63,801 nucleotides of DNA, filler included, from Octopus bimaculoides (GCF_001194135.2; 7 parts of 6 records of this genome joined end to end with filler, not necessarily neighbours in it); one strand, 5' to 3'. Positions 27,470 to 45,141 are shown, counted from the whole stretch's first letter. Numbers and translations: made by a program. The notes: generated by a model not told the origin, from the letters alone.

Positions 27470-27880
27470 GTGGCTATAGGCGCAGGAGTGGCTGTGTGGA
27501 AAGTAACTTGCTTACCAACCACATGGTTCCGGGTTCAGTCCCACTGCATGGCACTTTGGGCAAGTGTCGTCTACTATAGCCTCGGGCTGACCAAAGCCTT
27601 GTGTGTGGATTTGGTAGGCGGAAACTGAAAGAAGCCCGTCATATATATCTATATGTATATATATATATGTGTGTGTTTGTGTGTCTGTGTTTGTCCCCCC
27701 ACCATTGCTTGACAACCGATGCTGGTGTGTTTACATCCCCGTAACTTAGCTGTTCGGCAAAAAGAGACCGATAGAATAAGTACTAGGCTTACAAAGAATA
27801 AGTCCTGAAGTCGATTTCCTCGACTAAAGACGGTGCTCCAGCATTGCCACAGTCAAATGAATGAAACAAGTAAAAGAGTA
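27470..27880 (+). mobile_element. SINE family A, full length, with a locally duplicated 5' start
   Basis: Same family as 17158; the start reads ggtgtaggagtggctat aggcgcaggagtggctgtgtgg. Confidence 0.8.
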
Positions 27881-28550
27881 AAAGAGTAAAAAAAGAGTCT
27901 CTCACTCAACCCTTCTTCACTTCTGGAGAACGAAACGCTACAAATGTTCCTCCATAGCTTTTCTCATGGAACAATCTAGCCAATTCTGACAATGAAAGAG
28001 AGAGGGGATATGGAGGGAGAGAGAAAGTAGAATTAACCCAATACTTTACTAGTACTTTATCTGTCAATACTGGAAAATATGAAAGGTAAAGTTAGCCTTG
28101 GAAGGATTCAAACTCAAAGCATAGAGTTGGAACAAATACCACAAGTAACAACATGAACAGAGCAAAACAAGAGAATTTTCAAGACATGTTTATAAAATGC
28201 TTCATTGGAAGATGCTTCGGAAAAACAGTTGTGATACTCCACTAAATTGAGAGCGTTCTCTAATTCACTTATGTATGCAGGTTTAATATATGGTACTAGT
28301 GTTGAAGGATTGAAATAAATACTGAGTTAAAGATATGTACAATTGATGTTTACTGGGGGGGGGGGGGTATATTATATATGTTGGAAAGAAAATAAATTGT
28401 ATTTGTATATGATCATATGATCAAGCATATGTAAGCATATGCTTGATAATGATAGTATTTTTATGAAAGGTATTGAGTAGTTTCAAAGTTATATGAATAT
28501 ATTTAACTACAGAATGAGGGCATATTGCATCTCTCTTATTTTAATGATGC

Positions 28551-28589
<39 letters not shown>

Positions 28590-28879
28590 TGTGTGTGCAT
28601 ATATCCCCTAATGTTAGACTATTTTCTATAGTCAGTATACAATGAAAGCTTATGATCATATATATCTATATATAGATATAGATAGATAGATAGATAGATA
28701 TGTATGTATGTACATATATTATATATATATGTGTGTGTAAAACTTTTTTACTCCTTACTATAAAACCCCACCTCTCTCTCTCCCTCTAACTGCCACACCT
28801 TGGATGTGTTACTTGATCAAATGACAGAAGAGTGAAGAATTGTATCTGTGTCTGCATGCAACTATATAGGTGCCTAAAA

Positions 28880-29255
28880 CAAGTACAAGTCATGGTTCGG
28901 GATGGCACCTGTGCCCAGCGTCGCCTTTCTGGCACTTGTGCCCGTGGCATATGTAAGGATTTTTGAGCGAGATCATTGCCAGTGCCCCTGGACTGGCTCT
29001 TGTGTGGGTGGCACATAAAATACACCATTTTGAGCATGGCCGTTGCCAGTATTGCTTGACTGGCCTTCGTGCCGGTGACACGTAAAAGCACCTACTACAC
29101 TCTCGGAGTGGTTGGCGTTAGGAAGGGCATCCAGCTGTAGAAACTCTGCCAAATCAGATTGGAGCCTGGTGTAGCCTTCGGGTTCCACCAGTCCTCAGTC
29201 AAATCGTCCAACCCATGCTAGCATGGAAAGCGGACGTTAAACGATGAACGATGAA
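28880..29255 (+). mobile_element. RTE-associated 3' repeat, well preserved
   Basis: Ends acccatgctagcatggaaagcggacgttaaacgatgaacgatg; same family as 1890-2230. Confidence 0.7.
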
Positions 29256-29489
29256 CAATATAATATAAAGAATATATATACATATACATATGCATATATA
29301 GGTACGGGATGTCACAAGAGTAAACAACATAAAATACAAAAATAAATGAGTTCAATATGCAAACAATGAAAGAAACAAATGGGAAACAGGAGAAGTAACA
29401 TAAAGAACGACCCTTCATCAGTTGTTGGCTGTTTATCTACTCCTCACATTATAATACAGAGCTTCCATTTCTAAGTAAGTTTAGCAATT

Positions 29490-29812
29490 AAGAGTATGAA
29501 GACCGGGAAAGCCCCCGGCCCATCAGGAATCACTGCAGAGATGCTCAAAATATCTGGCAGTGTTGGCTATAGCCTAGTCACCCGTATAACGAACCAGGTG
29601 ATACACGAAGGAGTAAAGGTGACGCTTTAGATACAAATAATTACAGAGGCATCAAGCTGTTAGATCAGGTTATGAAAGTTACAGAGAGGGTCATAGCCCA
29701 ACTAATTAGGGAGCGAATCAATTTAGATGAGATGCAGTTTGGGTTCGTGCCAGGTAAAAGCACTACTGATGCCTTATTTCTAGTGAGACAGTTGCAGGAG
29801 AAATATCTAGCT
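29490..29812 (+). mobile_element. RTE-clade reverse transcriptase fragment (ends at a contig join)
   Basis: MKTGKAPGPSGITAEMLK...NYRGIKLLDQVMKVTERVIAQLIRERINLDEMQFGFVPGKSTTDALFLVRQLQEKYLA, with a small internal deletion before the KGDALD motif. Confidence 0.9.
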
Positions 29813-29912
29813 NNNNNNNNNNNNNNNNNNNNNNNNNNNNNNNNNNNNNNNNNNNNTTAATTAATTAANNNNNNNNNNNNNNNNNNNNNNNNNNNNNNNN
29901 NNNNNNNNNNNN
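29813..29912. other. Artificial scaffold spacer N44-TTAATTAATTAA-N44 (also 34097-34196, 38980-39079, 45004-45103, 50301-50400, 61560-61659)
   Basis: Identical 100-bp layout six times; the palindromic 12-mer gives stops in all six frames. Confidence 0.95.
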
Positions 29913-34800
<4,888 letters not shown>

Positions 34801-34959
34801 GAGAGAGAAGAGGAGAGGCAGTCAGCCAGGCAGACAGCCAGATTCTACATAGTTCAGTCTCCAACCACTCAACTGCGTGACACTTGCCTGTTGAAGGCAT
34901 TTGGATTAAAGGACGGTTTGATGTAAGGGAGATAACTCCCTATGTTGTGCAAGACTACA

Positions 34960-35160
34960 TCCATTGGATGTCCATTTAAGATAGGCGCAAGAAAATCGAT
35001 ATTTACATATTTGGTTCTCAATTTGTGTAATTTTACTGATAGGTTACCTCTAACCTTTTTTTGCATCCTTTATTCGTCCAAAAGTACTCACACGCTCAGT
35101 AAATATTTCATTAAACCAGCTCAAAAGTAGCCCATCGACGTGGTCGTATAATGTGCTAGA
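34960..35160 (-). mobile_element. Possible degraded pogo/Tigger CENP-B-type HTH fragment
   Basis: Minus frame YDHVDGLLLSWFNEIFTERVSTFGRIKDAK resembles the YxxVDxALLxWF motif from memory; short and interrupted. Confidence 0.3.
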
Positions 35161-35774
35161 AGCAGCAGGGAGCTCATGGGTGTATTCAATGGTCTGCAGT
35201 ATATTAATCAGCCATACCAACAAATTCACATCTTGATTTTTTTTCTTTTTTTTATAATCCTGATGCTTATTCTATCAGTTTATTTTTGCTGAATCGCTAA
35301 GTTATGTGGATGCAAACACACCAACACTGGTTGTCAAGCAGTGGGGGAGGGGGCAAACACAGACACTCATACACACACATGCACACACACACACACACAC
35401 ACGCACACAATCACACGGACACACTCACATGCATATACATACATGTATATAGATAGATACATACATACATGCATGCATGCATGCATGCATACATACATAC
35501 ATACATACATACGTATGTATGTAAATCTGTAGAGAGAAAGAGAAAGAGAGAGAGAGAAAGAGAAATAAAGAGAGAGAGAGATACTTACCCAAGGTACCAC
35601 GCAGTGGGACTAAACCGGGAACCAGCATCCATTGTTAACTGTCAAGACACTGCGTCCTTCAAAAATTCCATGCTTCCCTAAATTCGCCAACATTACCCCT
35701 CACACGCCTATGCACCCTTTCTTGTGGTTCTTCAGTCTTTTTGTGTTTTATACTGTGTGCTATACACCCATCAT

Positions 35775-36225
35775 GACCGCCTGCCAATAAAGAGACACCA
35801 GACACATGCATCACAACCATTTGTGCACAACATGGTGACCTTATATCAAGATAAACAGCGCCTGACCTTGCAACTTGGGCCCAGTTAACATTTTCTTCAG
35901 TTCGAGTAGCCCATCCCACTCAAAAGATCTTTGAATAAGGTTTGTTTAAGGATGATGAACGGAATACCCATGTTTTGATAGGTGAATTATTCAAACCTAA
36001 AAGAATTCCTCTCGACACATGGCTATGATGATCTCCTATTACTCCTCGTGCCACTAAGAGATATGCTCAACTGAAGATCAAACAAATGACAAGGAAATCT
36101 GTGGTGTTGAGCAGAATATTTGCTGTAGCCCATCTTTTCATACCAAGACAAAACAATGTACATGATAACACTTCCAATCAATTCAGATCAGAAGCCATGA
36201 CAGCCACTGCTTCGTACTACATCAG
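35775..36225 (-). mobile_element. (AAT)n-tailed retroposon 3' region
   Basis: gacacatgcatcacaaccatttgtgcacaacatggtgacc...cccactcaaaag matches in reverse 43958-44240 and directly 49160-49290. Confidence 0.7.
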
Positions 36226-36236
36226 GGTTAATATCA

Positions 36237-36420
36237 AGGCGGTGAGCTGGCAGAATCGTTAGCAAGCGGCATTTCGTCCGTCTTTACGTTCTGAGTTCAA
36301 ATTCCACCGAGGTCGACTTTGCATTTCATCCTTTCAAAGTCGATAAAATAAGTACCAGTTGAACACTGGGGTCGTAGTAATCAACTAGCCCCTTGCCTTA
36401 AAATTTCAGGCCTTGTGTTT
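36237..36420 (+). mobile_element. SINE family B
   Basis: ggcggtgagctggcagaatcgttagc...ttctgagttcaaattccaccgaggtcgactttgc. Confidence 0.75.
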
Positions 36421-36641
36421 ATGATATTTGTAGTACAGAGGAGAAATCCGACCCCGGCATAAATTCTTTCTACTATAGGAACAAAGCCTGAAATTTGGTG
36501 GGAGGGGAGGGGACTAGTCGATTATATCAACCCCAGTGCTTCACAGGTAATTATTTTATCGACCCCGAAAGGATGACAGGCAAAGCAACAGGATCCTTAC
36601 CGTTCCGGACCAGTACTCCATTTTCACTCATTCTATCCCTC

Positions 36642-36712
<71 letters not shown>

Positions 36713-37999
36713 TCCCTACACTCTCCCAGTCTCTCTCTCTCTCTCTCTTTACTGCTTCAACACTACTATTACCAACGCCATCACAACTAGTACTACTACT
36801 ATTACTATCACCTTCCCCACTACCACCACCACCACCGCCACCAACTCAACTACTATGGCTGCAATTATCACCATCACCATCACCAACAACAATACCACAA
36901 CAACATTTACTACTACTACTACTACCACTACTGCTGCTCACTTCGTATTCCAACAAAACCCGATCCGTTCACATCTGCTCATCTCATCATTTCTATTTTG
37001 TCTCAACGAATGCCACCACCGCCATCCCCACCACCACCATCCCCACCGCCATCACCAATATCATGATCACTATAACGCGCGGTGATGTCGGCTACATCCT
37101 TGCCATGGAGGANNNNNNNNNNNNNNNNNNNNNNNNNNNNNNNNNNNNNNNNNNNNNNNNNNNNNNNNNNNNNNNNNNNNNNNNNNNNNNNNNNNNNNNN
37201 NNNNNNNNNNNNNNNNNNNNNNNNNNNNNNNNNNNNNNNNNNNNNNNNNNNNNNNNNNNNNNNNNNNNNNNNNNNNNNNNNNNNNNNNNNNNNNNNNNNN
37301 NNNNNNNNNNNNNNNNNNNNNNNNNNNNNNNNNNNNNNNNNNNNNNNNNNNNNNNNNNNNNNNNNNNNNNNNNNNNNNNNNNNNNNNNNNNNNNNNNNNN
37401 NNNNNNNNNNNNNNNNNNNNNNNNNNNNNNNNNNNNNNNNNNNNNNNNNNNNNNNNNNNNNNNNNNNNNNNNNNNNNNNNNNNNNNNNNNNNNNNNNNNN
37501 NNNNNNNNNNNNNNNNNNNNNNNNNNNNNNNNNNNNNNNNNNNNNNNNNNNNNNNNNNNNNNNNNNNNNNNNNNNNNNNNNNNNNNNNNNNNNNNNNNNN
37601 NNNNNNNNNNNNNNNNNNNNNNNNNNNNNNNNNNNNNNNNNNNNNNNNNNNNNNNNNNNNNNNNNNNNNNNNNNNNNNNNNNNNNNNNNNNNNNNNNNNN
37701 NNNNNNNNNNNNNNNNNNNNNNNNNNNNNNNNNNNNNNNNNNNNNNNNNNNNNNNNNNNNNNNNNNNNNNNNNNNNNNNNNNNNNNNNNNNNNNNNNNNN
37801 NNNNNNNNNNNNNNNNNNNNNNNNNNNNNNNNNNNNNNNNNNNNNNNNNNNNNNNNNNNNNNNNNNNNNNNNNNNNNNNNNNNNNNNNNNNNNNNNNNNN
37901 NNNNNNNNNNNNNNNNNNNNNNNCTACTTTATACTTCAGGGGAAATAATTGAATAAATACGGGTTTCACAATGTATTTTAGTTCAATTTAAGTAACTAC

Positions 38000-38210
38000 G
38001 ATTGGCTGCCAAAAAGTTCCTGGCTTTAGGTAAAAGAAAATACAGGGGGATTATGATTTTATCCAATATATCCCTCTCTCAGATTCACACACTTGTTACA
38101 GCGGTCCTTCAGTTTCTTTAAGTCCTGTAAGAGAACACGGAAGTTTGGGCCTCCACCCAGGCCTTTCGCTACACCCTTAAAGAAACTTTTCGGTATCCCC
38201 ACGTACATTT
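38000..38210 (-). mobile_element. Mariner 3' end remnant
   Basis: TIR-like acgattggctgccaaaaagttcctggcttt; minus frame LKKLKDRCNKCVNLRG resembles a mariner transposase C-terminus. Confidence 0.5.
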
Positions 38211-39109
38211 TCTTGGGTCACAGGCTCCTGTTTCAGCAAATCGACACAAGTGTCCTCTCATGGACTTTGTTTCCTCATAACTTTCAGAAAAACGGAAATT
38301 TTTGAAAAATACCTTCCAGATAGTGTAGGTTTCAATTTTATCAGAATTTAAATATAAAAAATCTTTCAGAGTGAGAGAGAAGGGTTTCGATAATTCAGAC
38401 GAATCGACTTAGTTTTCTCGTCACTTTCAGGCAGATGGATATTTTTCAATGAAAATTGCTACAAATATCTTTTAATTGACGGACATTACGATTTTATCGG
38501 AATTTAATGTGGAGTAAAAATGGTTGGCGCGTACACATCACATACATACATCACATACATACATACATACATACATACATACGTACATACATAGAAAATG
38601 AAACCTGAAATTTTTCAAAACTAATGCGATGTGTATCAGTATGTACATGTATGCGGCCATAACTTGTTTTCTTTTTTTTCTTTTTTTGTTCGTTTTTTTT
38701 CTTTTGTTCTTTTGGGGAGGAGTTCTTTCTTTTACATTGAATTCCGATATAATCGTAATGTATGCCATCTGAAGGATATTTGTAGAAAATTTCAGTAAAG
38801 AGAAATCCAATTTTCTGAAACTTATGAGTAACAGGTAGCTGTGCCATTATGGCTTGATTATGGCTTTATATCTATTAATAGGGTCTGTAGGTTGTGACTT
38901 TATAGTGACTAGCTTCCATTCGGTGCAAGACTGTTTCTTTTAATGAGAAACATACATACATACATACATACATACATACNNNNNNNNNNNNNNNNNNNNN
39001 NNNNNNNNNNNNNNNNNNNNNNNTTAATTAATTAANNNNNNNNNNNNNNNNNNNNNNNNNNNNNNNNNNNNNNNNNNNNACCACCACCACCACCACCACC
39101 ACCACAACC

Positions 39110-39560
39110 CCATCATCATCATCAGCATCATCATTTAATGTCCATTGTCCATGCTGGCATGGGTTGGATGGTTTGACCAGGGCTGGTAACCTGAGGGACT
39201 GCATCAGACTCCAGTCTGATTTAGCAGGTTTCTATGGTTGGATGCCCTTCCTAACATGCCAACCACTCCAAGAGTGTAATGGGTGCTTTTACATGCCACT
39301 GGCATGGGTGCCTTTTATGTGACACCAGCATCAACCACATTGCCTCCATGAGGCCCAATGTTTGAAAAGTGCTTTTTACATGCAACTGGCATGGGTGCCA
39401 ATTACATGACACCGACAATGGTCACAACTACGATTTCACTTGGCTTGACAAGTCTTCTCAAACACGACATATTGCCAAGGGTCTCAGTCACTAGTTATTG
39501 GTTTCTGTGAGGTCCAATGTTCAAAGATCACACTTCACCACATTGTCCCATGTCTTCCAG
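39110..39560 (-). mobile_element. RTE-associated 3' repeat
   Basis: (cat)n tail followed by ttaatgtccattgtccatgctggcatgggttggatgg; same family as 1890. Confidence 0.7.
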
Positions 39561-39669
39561 GGTCTACCTCTACCACAAGTTTCCTCCACAATTAAAGAAT
39601 GAAGTATTTAAAAAAATAAATAAATAAATAAAAATAAAAAACCGAACAAGATTATGATTGGGAGATGAG

Positions 39670-39970
39670 ATAATAGTTTATTCAAAATGGTCACCCTAAG
39701 CTTTCACCACAGACTCAAAACGGCCCCAGAACTCAGTGCATATATTCCTCACTGTGTCCCTGAAATCTTTGAACACCTCTTTGATCTTGGCTGCCAGCTC
39801 AACCTTGGTTTGAAAGCATAGCAATTTGTGTCTCTGTCCACCACACTGCATTCATAGTAAAGCTGTGGGATTACAATTGGAGGAATTAAGAGGCTGGAAA
39901 TTGGGGCTGGTGGGTTGTAGAAATTCTCTGAAAAAACACTTCTAACTCTTTTGGCAAGGAGCCACAAATC
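39670..39970 (-). mobile_element. Degraded Tc1/mariner (maT/DD37D-like) transposase 3' end
   Basis: FSENFY...YYECSVVDRDTN... resembles WLSENFYDF..WPPNSPDCNPMDYYVWGAVEKDTN from memory; frameshifted. Confidence 0.5.
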
Positions 39971-41449
39971 CTGCTGTCACAAATATGGCCTTTCAACAGC
40001 AACTCTCTCCAGCCAATGTTTGACCACTGTGGTATGACGTCAGCGACTGGGGTGCTGACCGGAACCTGGAGCTGACCGGAACCTGGAGCTGACTGGAACT
40101 GGAAGCTGACCGGGACTGGAAGCTGANNNNNNNNNNNNNNNNNNNNNNNNNNNNNNNNNNNNNNNNNNNNNNNNNNNNNNNNNNNNNNNNNNNNNNNNNN
40201 NNNNNNNNNNNNNNNNNNNNNNNNNNNNNNNNNNNNNNNNNNNNNNNNNNNNNNNNNNNNNNNNNNNNNNNNNNNNNNNNNNNNNNNNNNNNNNNNNNNN
40301 NNNNNNNNNNNNNNNNNNNNNNNNNNNNNNNNNNNNNNNNNNNNNNNNNNNNNNNNNNNNNNNNNNNNNNNNNNNNNNNNNNNNNNNNNNNNNNNNNNNN
40401 NNNNNNNNNNNNNNNNNNNNNNNNNNNNNNNNNNNNNNNNNNNNNNNNNNNNNNNNNNNNNNNNNNNNNNNNNNNNNNNNNNNNNNNNNNNNNNNNNNNN
40501 NNNNNNNNNNNNNNNNNNNNNNNNNNNNNNNNNNNNNNNNNNNNNNNNNNNNNNNNNNNNNNNNNNNNNNNNNNNNNNNNNNNNNNNNNNNNNNNNNNNN
40601 NNNNNNNNNNNNNNNNNNNNNNNNNNNNNNNNNNNNNNNNNNNNNNNNNNNNNNNNNNNNNNNNNNNNNNNNNNNNNNNNNNNNNNNNNNNNNNNNNNNN
40701 NNNNNNNNNNNNNNNNNNNNNNNNNNNNNNNNNTCAGCAATATGTCAGACTGTTCCTGAAAAAGGACAAAAATTTGGGGGTTTTGTGTGTGTGTGGGGGA
40801 TGGTGGTGAAGATAATGCACATGGTTTCTTTCTTTCTTTCTTTCTTTCTTTACTTATCGAACGCCATAACGGGCAAACTAATTAAAAAATTGGAATTATC
40901 CACATGACATTTTAAAATTCAATCTAGAACAATTCAGAGGAAAATGTAATTCTCACCAGCAATATAAGCTCTTCAACCTGTAACTAGTTTCATAAGTGTC
41001 AGCGCACAAAACTCTCAGACCTTGAGTCGCCCTGTTGCGTCTGCTACAAGCTAAAAAACAAAAAAAAAAAGAAATATATATTTTTTTGGCTTTTGGTTAT
41101 CCGCATATCAATTAAAATTACATTTATAAAATTCTAAATATATTTATATACATGTATTTTAATTATAATTCTAGCATATAGAGGCATCCACAAATTACCA
41201 TTGGTTCAATAACAGAATTTCAAAAATATCTGAGGAGTTTTAGTTACATCTGAGTACAAATTCTTTGGCTAACTTTGCCTTTCATCCTTCTGGTATCAGT
41301 AGAATATATTACTGATCAAATGTTAAGGTTGTGAAACCTAGATATGATTCGAATTATAACAAGAAACAAAGCAAAAATGAAAGCGTCAATAAGTGATATT
41401 GTTTTTAGGTCATGCTAACCTATTTATTAAATTGTAATATCAAATAATC

Positions 41450-41650
41450 CTAAGGCCTGAAATTGTGAGGGACGGAGGTTCGTCAATTACAACGACCTCA
41501 GTGTTTAACTGGTACTTATTTTATCGACTTTGAAAGGATGAAAGGCTAAGTTGACTTTGGCTGGATTTGAATTCTGAATGTAAAAACAGAAGACATGCCA
41601 TGAAGCGTTTTTGTCTGGTGTGTTAGTGATTCTGCTAGCTTGACACTTTG
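41450..41650 (-). mobile_element. SINE family B
   Basis: ggtacttattttatcgactttgaaaggatgaaaggctaagttgactttggctggatttgaa. Confidence 0.65.
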
Positions 41651-42093
41651 AAAATTATAGAATAGTAAATGACTTCACAGAGTAATACAATAAGACTGGC
41701 GTCTGTTGGAGAGATGATAATGACCTGAACAACAACAACAACAACTCACAATCTTAGGACAGCTGCTGCTCCTGCTGGAGGGAATTTTGGAGCATTAAAA
41801 AGATTCTACAAAAAAAAGTCACCGAAAAAAATTTCACATTTTATTTAAAAACAATATAAATAATTAAAGTCATCATCATCGTTTAACGTCCGCTCATTTA
41901 TTAACTGTCAAAACATGACTTGTATACAATTTATATTTGATGGCATCACACATGTGAAAAGACAACCTTTTATTCAATTTCATAAGCAAAAGACAAAGAA
42001 ATAGAAGTCATTTATTTATTAAACAATACTTGACGTGTACAGACTGAAAACACCTTACATTGTATCGTACTATTACAAATACATTCGGTATTT

Positions 42094-42167
42094 TTAAGGT
42101 TGATGACTAAAGACGATTATTCCAGCCAACACTACAAAGAAATTCTGCCAGTCATATGGTGGTTCTC
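42094..42167 (-). CDS. Candidate terminal exon (G)EPPYDWQNFFVVLAGIIVFSHQP-stop, with a hydrophobic C-terminal segment
   Basis: Acceptor cctgtgtttctcgacAG, open phase-1 frame to TAA at 42096-42094, AATAAA at 42020-42015. Confidence 0.45.
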
Positions 42168-42589
42168 CTGTCGAGAAACACAGGTTTTTCAGTGACTTTT
42201 CCCATTTTTTTCATTCACCAGAAAGTCCTAAACAAGTGAGAAGCCACTTAATGTTAGAAAAACGAAAAGTAAAAAAATTAAGATGAAAGGGATGAACTTA
42301 TCCTCAGACTTGACAGAGTTCAGGCCATAAGAAGGGGGAAAAACAATGGAGAATGCTAGAAATAGCAGCTGCCTCTCCCTCACCTGGACAATCACCTCGC
42401 ACGTCCTCGCGTCGCAACAACCCTGCTCAAAAAAGGGCCCGAAATCCCAATCGAGGCTCCCTCTGCCCCTCTTCCTCTTCCGGTCAGTTCCCAGTTCCGG
42501 TCAGCTCACGGTTCTAGTCAGCGGTCAGCTCCCCAGTTGCTGATGTCATACCACAATAGAAGAGAGTCACAAAGTCTGGGTGTTTAAGG

Positions 42590-42920
42590 CAAAAAAGCCA
42601 CAACTGTAGCAAGACTTCCTTATTTGGGGAAGCACAACAGCTTTTGAATGAAGACACTGTGAGTGTCAATATGACAAGGGTTGCAGAGTCAAAGCAAGGA
42701 AGGGACCAATCAAATTAGAGACTTCTGAACCCAGTCGAGGAGATCCAAATGATAAGATGATGCATCTGCTCAAATATGACAATAGTATTCCATACAAGGA
42801 TGAATTGTAGACTTGTAAAGATACAAAATGGCCTTGGGTATGAAGTAGTCCTTTGACCTATCAAATGACTCAACCTTATGGGAAGCAGACCTAGTAATTG
42901 ACTTTATGTAATGTGGTGTT
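42590..42920 (-). mobile_element. CR1/L2-group LINE ORF2 C-terminal fragment
   Basis: ITRSASHKVESF...ILYLYKSTIHPCMEYYCHI then DASSYHLDLLDWVQK, resembling LYKSxIRPxMEYxxHIW..LDRVQK. Confidence 0.7.
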
Positions 42921-43489
42921 ATGGGCTGTGATGAGCTATGTGGTGTTGGTGGAGAGGATTGCAGATGAGGCAAACGGAAGTGAAGACTGCAGGGGTCAGT
43001 GGAAGAGCCATGGGGACATGTGTGGGCACAAAGCACAAAGCACACGGCGCAGTTGGATGAGAGATGGCGAGTGTGGAAGGACTTGTTTTTTTCTTGACAG
43101 TGATTGCTCATCCCACTTCGGTCAACAGGTAGGGTCTCTGTATTTCTTTCTCCCTTTTGCTTCTTTTTCTGTTGTCTTTTTCCTCCATCACACAACAAGC
43201 TATTTCAGCCCATAACAACAAAACAAAAAAAAAAAAACTCCATCACATTACATGTAAGAACCCCAAGAAAGATCAGTTGAGAATTTAAGACAAAGCAATT
43301 TCAAAAAAGACCTTTCCTGAAATTGTTTGACTGTCTTGTCATGTGAAACCTCACACTTATAACCCATGCATATGAGAGGAAGAAAGAGATCCCAGTTCTT
43401 ACTGAAAGACAATTAGTTTGGTCTTGTCAGGGTTGACCACTTCCCACCCCATTTCTTAACAACTTGCAGACCCACCCTCAAGACAAGCT

Positions 43490-43958
43490 GGAGAAATATT
43501 TAGGTGACCGAGTTTGTAGTGAAGGAGGTAGTTCTGACAGCATAGCTCCTGGAATAAGAACAGGCTGGGCTACCTTTGCTGGTAACAAAGGACCTCTCCC
43601 ACAGAGTGAAAGCAGACTGTATGATGCTTATGTATGAACAGCTATGCTACATGGCAGTAGGACATGGACTGTGACTACTGAGGACATGCAAAGGCTTGAA
43701 GGAAATGAAACTAACATTCTGCACTGGATGGGTAATGTCAGTGTGCATATATGACAGAGTGTAAATGTTTTGAGAAAAAATTTGGGTTTAAGAGGCATCC
43801 GTTGTAGTGTGTATGAGAGAAGACTGTGTTAGCGTGGTCATACGATGTGTATGGATGAGGACAGCTACATAAAGAAGTGCTGATCTCAAATTGTGGAGGG
43901 AACATGTGGAAGGGTAAACCTGAGGAAGATGTGGGATGATGTGGTGAGAAAGGATAAT
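43490..43958 (+). mobile_element. RTE ORF C-terminal fragment, degraded
   Basis: YLGD...RLYDAYV-TAMLHGSRTWTVTTEDMQRLEGNE...ERRL..GH..MDEDS..KKC...VEGTCG...WDDVVRKD. Confidence 0.8.
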
Positions 43959-44243
43959 TCACCTTTGGAAACATGGGTGTTTTGCTCAACATCCTTAAAC
44001 AACCCTTATTTAGGGCCCTTTTGAGTGGATTGGGCTACACGACTTGAAGTAAAAATTCTAACTGGGCCCCACCTGCAAGGTCATACGCAGTTTATCTTGA
44101 TATGAGATCATCATGTCATGCAAATATGGTTGTGATGCATGTGCCTGGTGTACCCTTATCAGATGGGTAGTCATGATGGATATTTTGGGCTTCGTATATT
44201 TTACCCCAGTGTCACTTTGATGGCATGCACTGCTCTCTTACTC

Positions 44244-44280
<37 letters not shown>
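43958..44280 (+). mobile_element. (AAT)n-tailed retroposon 3' end, fused directly to the RTE fragment
   Basis: Ends gtcactttgatggcatgcactgctctcttactc followed by (aat)n. Confidence 0.7.
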
Positions 44281-44281
<1 letters not shown>

Positions 44282-44310
44282 CAACAACAACAATAATAAT
44301 AATAACAATA

Positions 44311-44376
<66 letters not shown>

Positions 44377-44384
44377 GCTTCAAA

Positions 44385-44590
44385 TTTTGGCTCAAGGCCT
44401 TCAAGTTTGAGTTGGGGGATAAATCAATTACATTGACCCCAGTGTTCAACTGGTACATAATTTATTGATCCTGAAAAGATGAGAGGCAAAGTCGACCTCG
44501 GGGGAATTTGAACTCAAAATGTAAAGGCAGAGGAAATACCACTAAGCATTTTACTTGGTGTGCTAATAATTCTAGAAGCTTTGCCACCTT
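44385..44590 (-). mobile_element. SINE family B
   Basis: gaccccagtgttcaactggtac...ggcaaagtcgacctcgggggaatttgaactcaaaatgtaaag. Confidence 0.7.
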
Positions 44591-44673
44591 AAAACCTTCA
44601 ATGATAATAATAATAATGATAATAATAATAATGATAATAATAATAATGATAATAATAATAATAATAATAATAA

Positions 44674-45003
44674 ATCCAGAACAAAATTAAAAAGAAGAGA
44701 AAAGATTTATCGATTCTCAACGAAATTAGTAAACAATCAACACTACTAAGTAACAAGAAGAAAACAAAAATACTGTACAAATACAGCATTACAGAAAAAG
44801 ACTTACCTGAGGCAACAGAAAAACTAAAGCAAGATATCCTTGCCAAAGCACAAAGGATCCGCCGGTATGAGAAACGCCAACGTTTCTTTGAACAAAACAA
44901 ACAGTTCAAATCCAACCCCAAAAAACTCTACCAAGAACTGGGTAAAAATAAAATAGACATTACTTCAGCACCAACAGCAGAAGAACTAGAGAAATTCTGG
45001 AAA
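44674..45003 (+). mobile_element. R4/Dong-clade ORF fragment, 110 uninterrupted codons starting right after (TAA)n
   Basis: IQNKIKKKRKDLSILNEIS...EKLKQDILAKAQRIRRYEKRQRFFEQNKQFKSNPKKLYQELGK...APTAEELEKFWK; cut by a spacer. Confidence 0.8.
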
Positions 45004-45141
45004 NNNNNNNNNNNNNNNNNNNNNNNNNNNNNNNNNNNNNNNNNNNNTTAATTAATTAANNNNNNNNNNNNNNNNNNNNNNNNNNNNNNNNNNNNNNNNN
45101 NNNTATATATGTATATATGTATATATACATATGTATGTATG

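Noticed and set aside
29405-29445. CTGATGA on the minus strand as a third hammerhead
   Set aside because: No closing stem II or GAAA box is visible in this copy.
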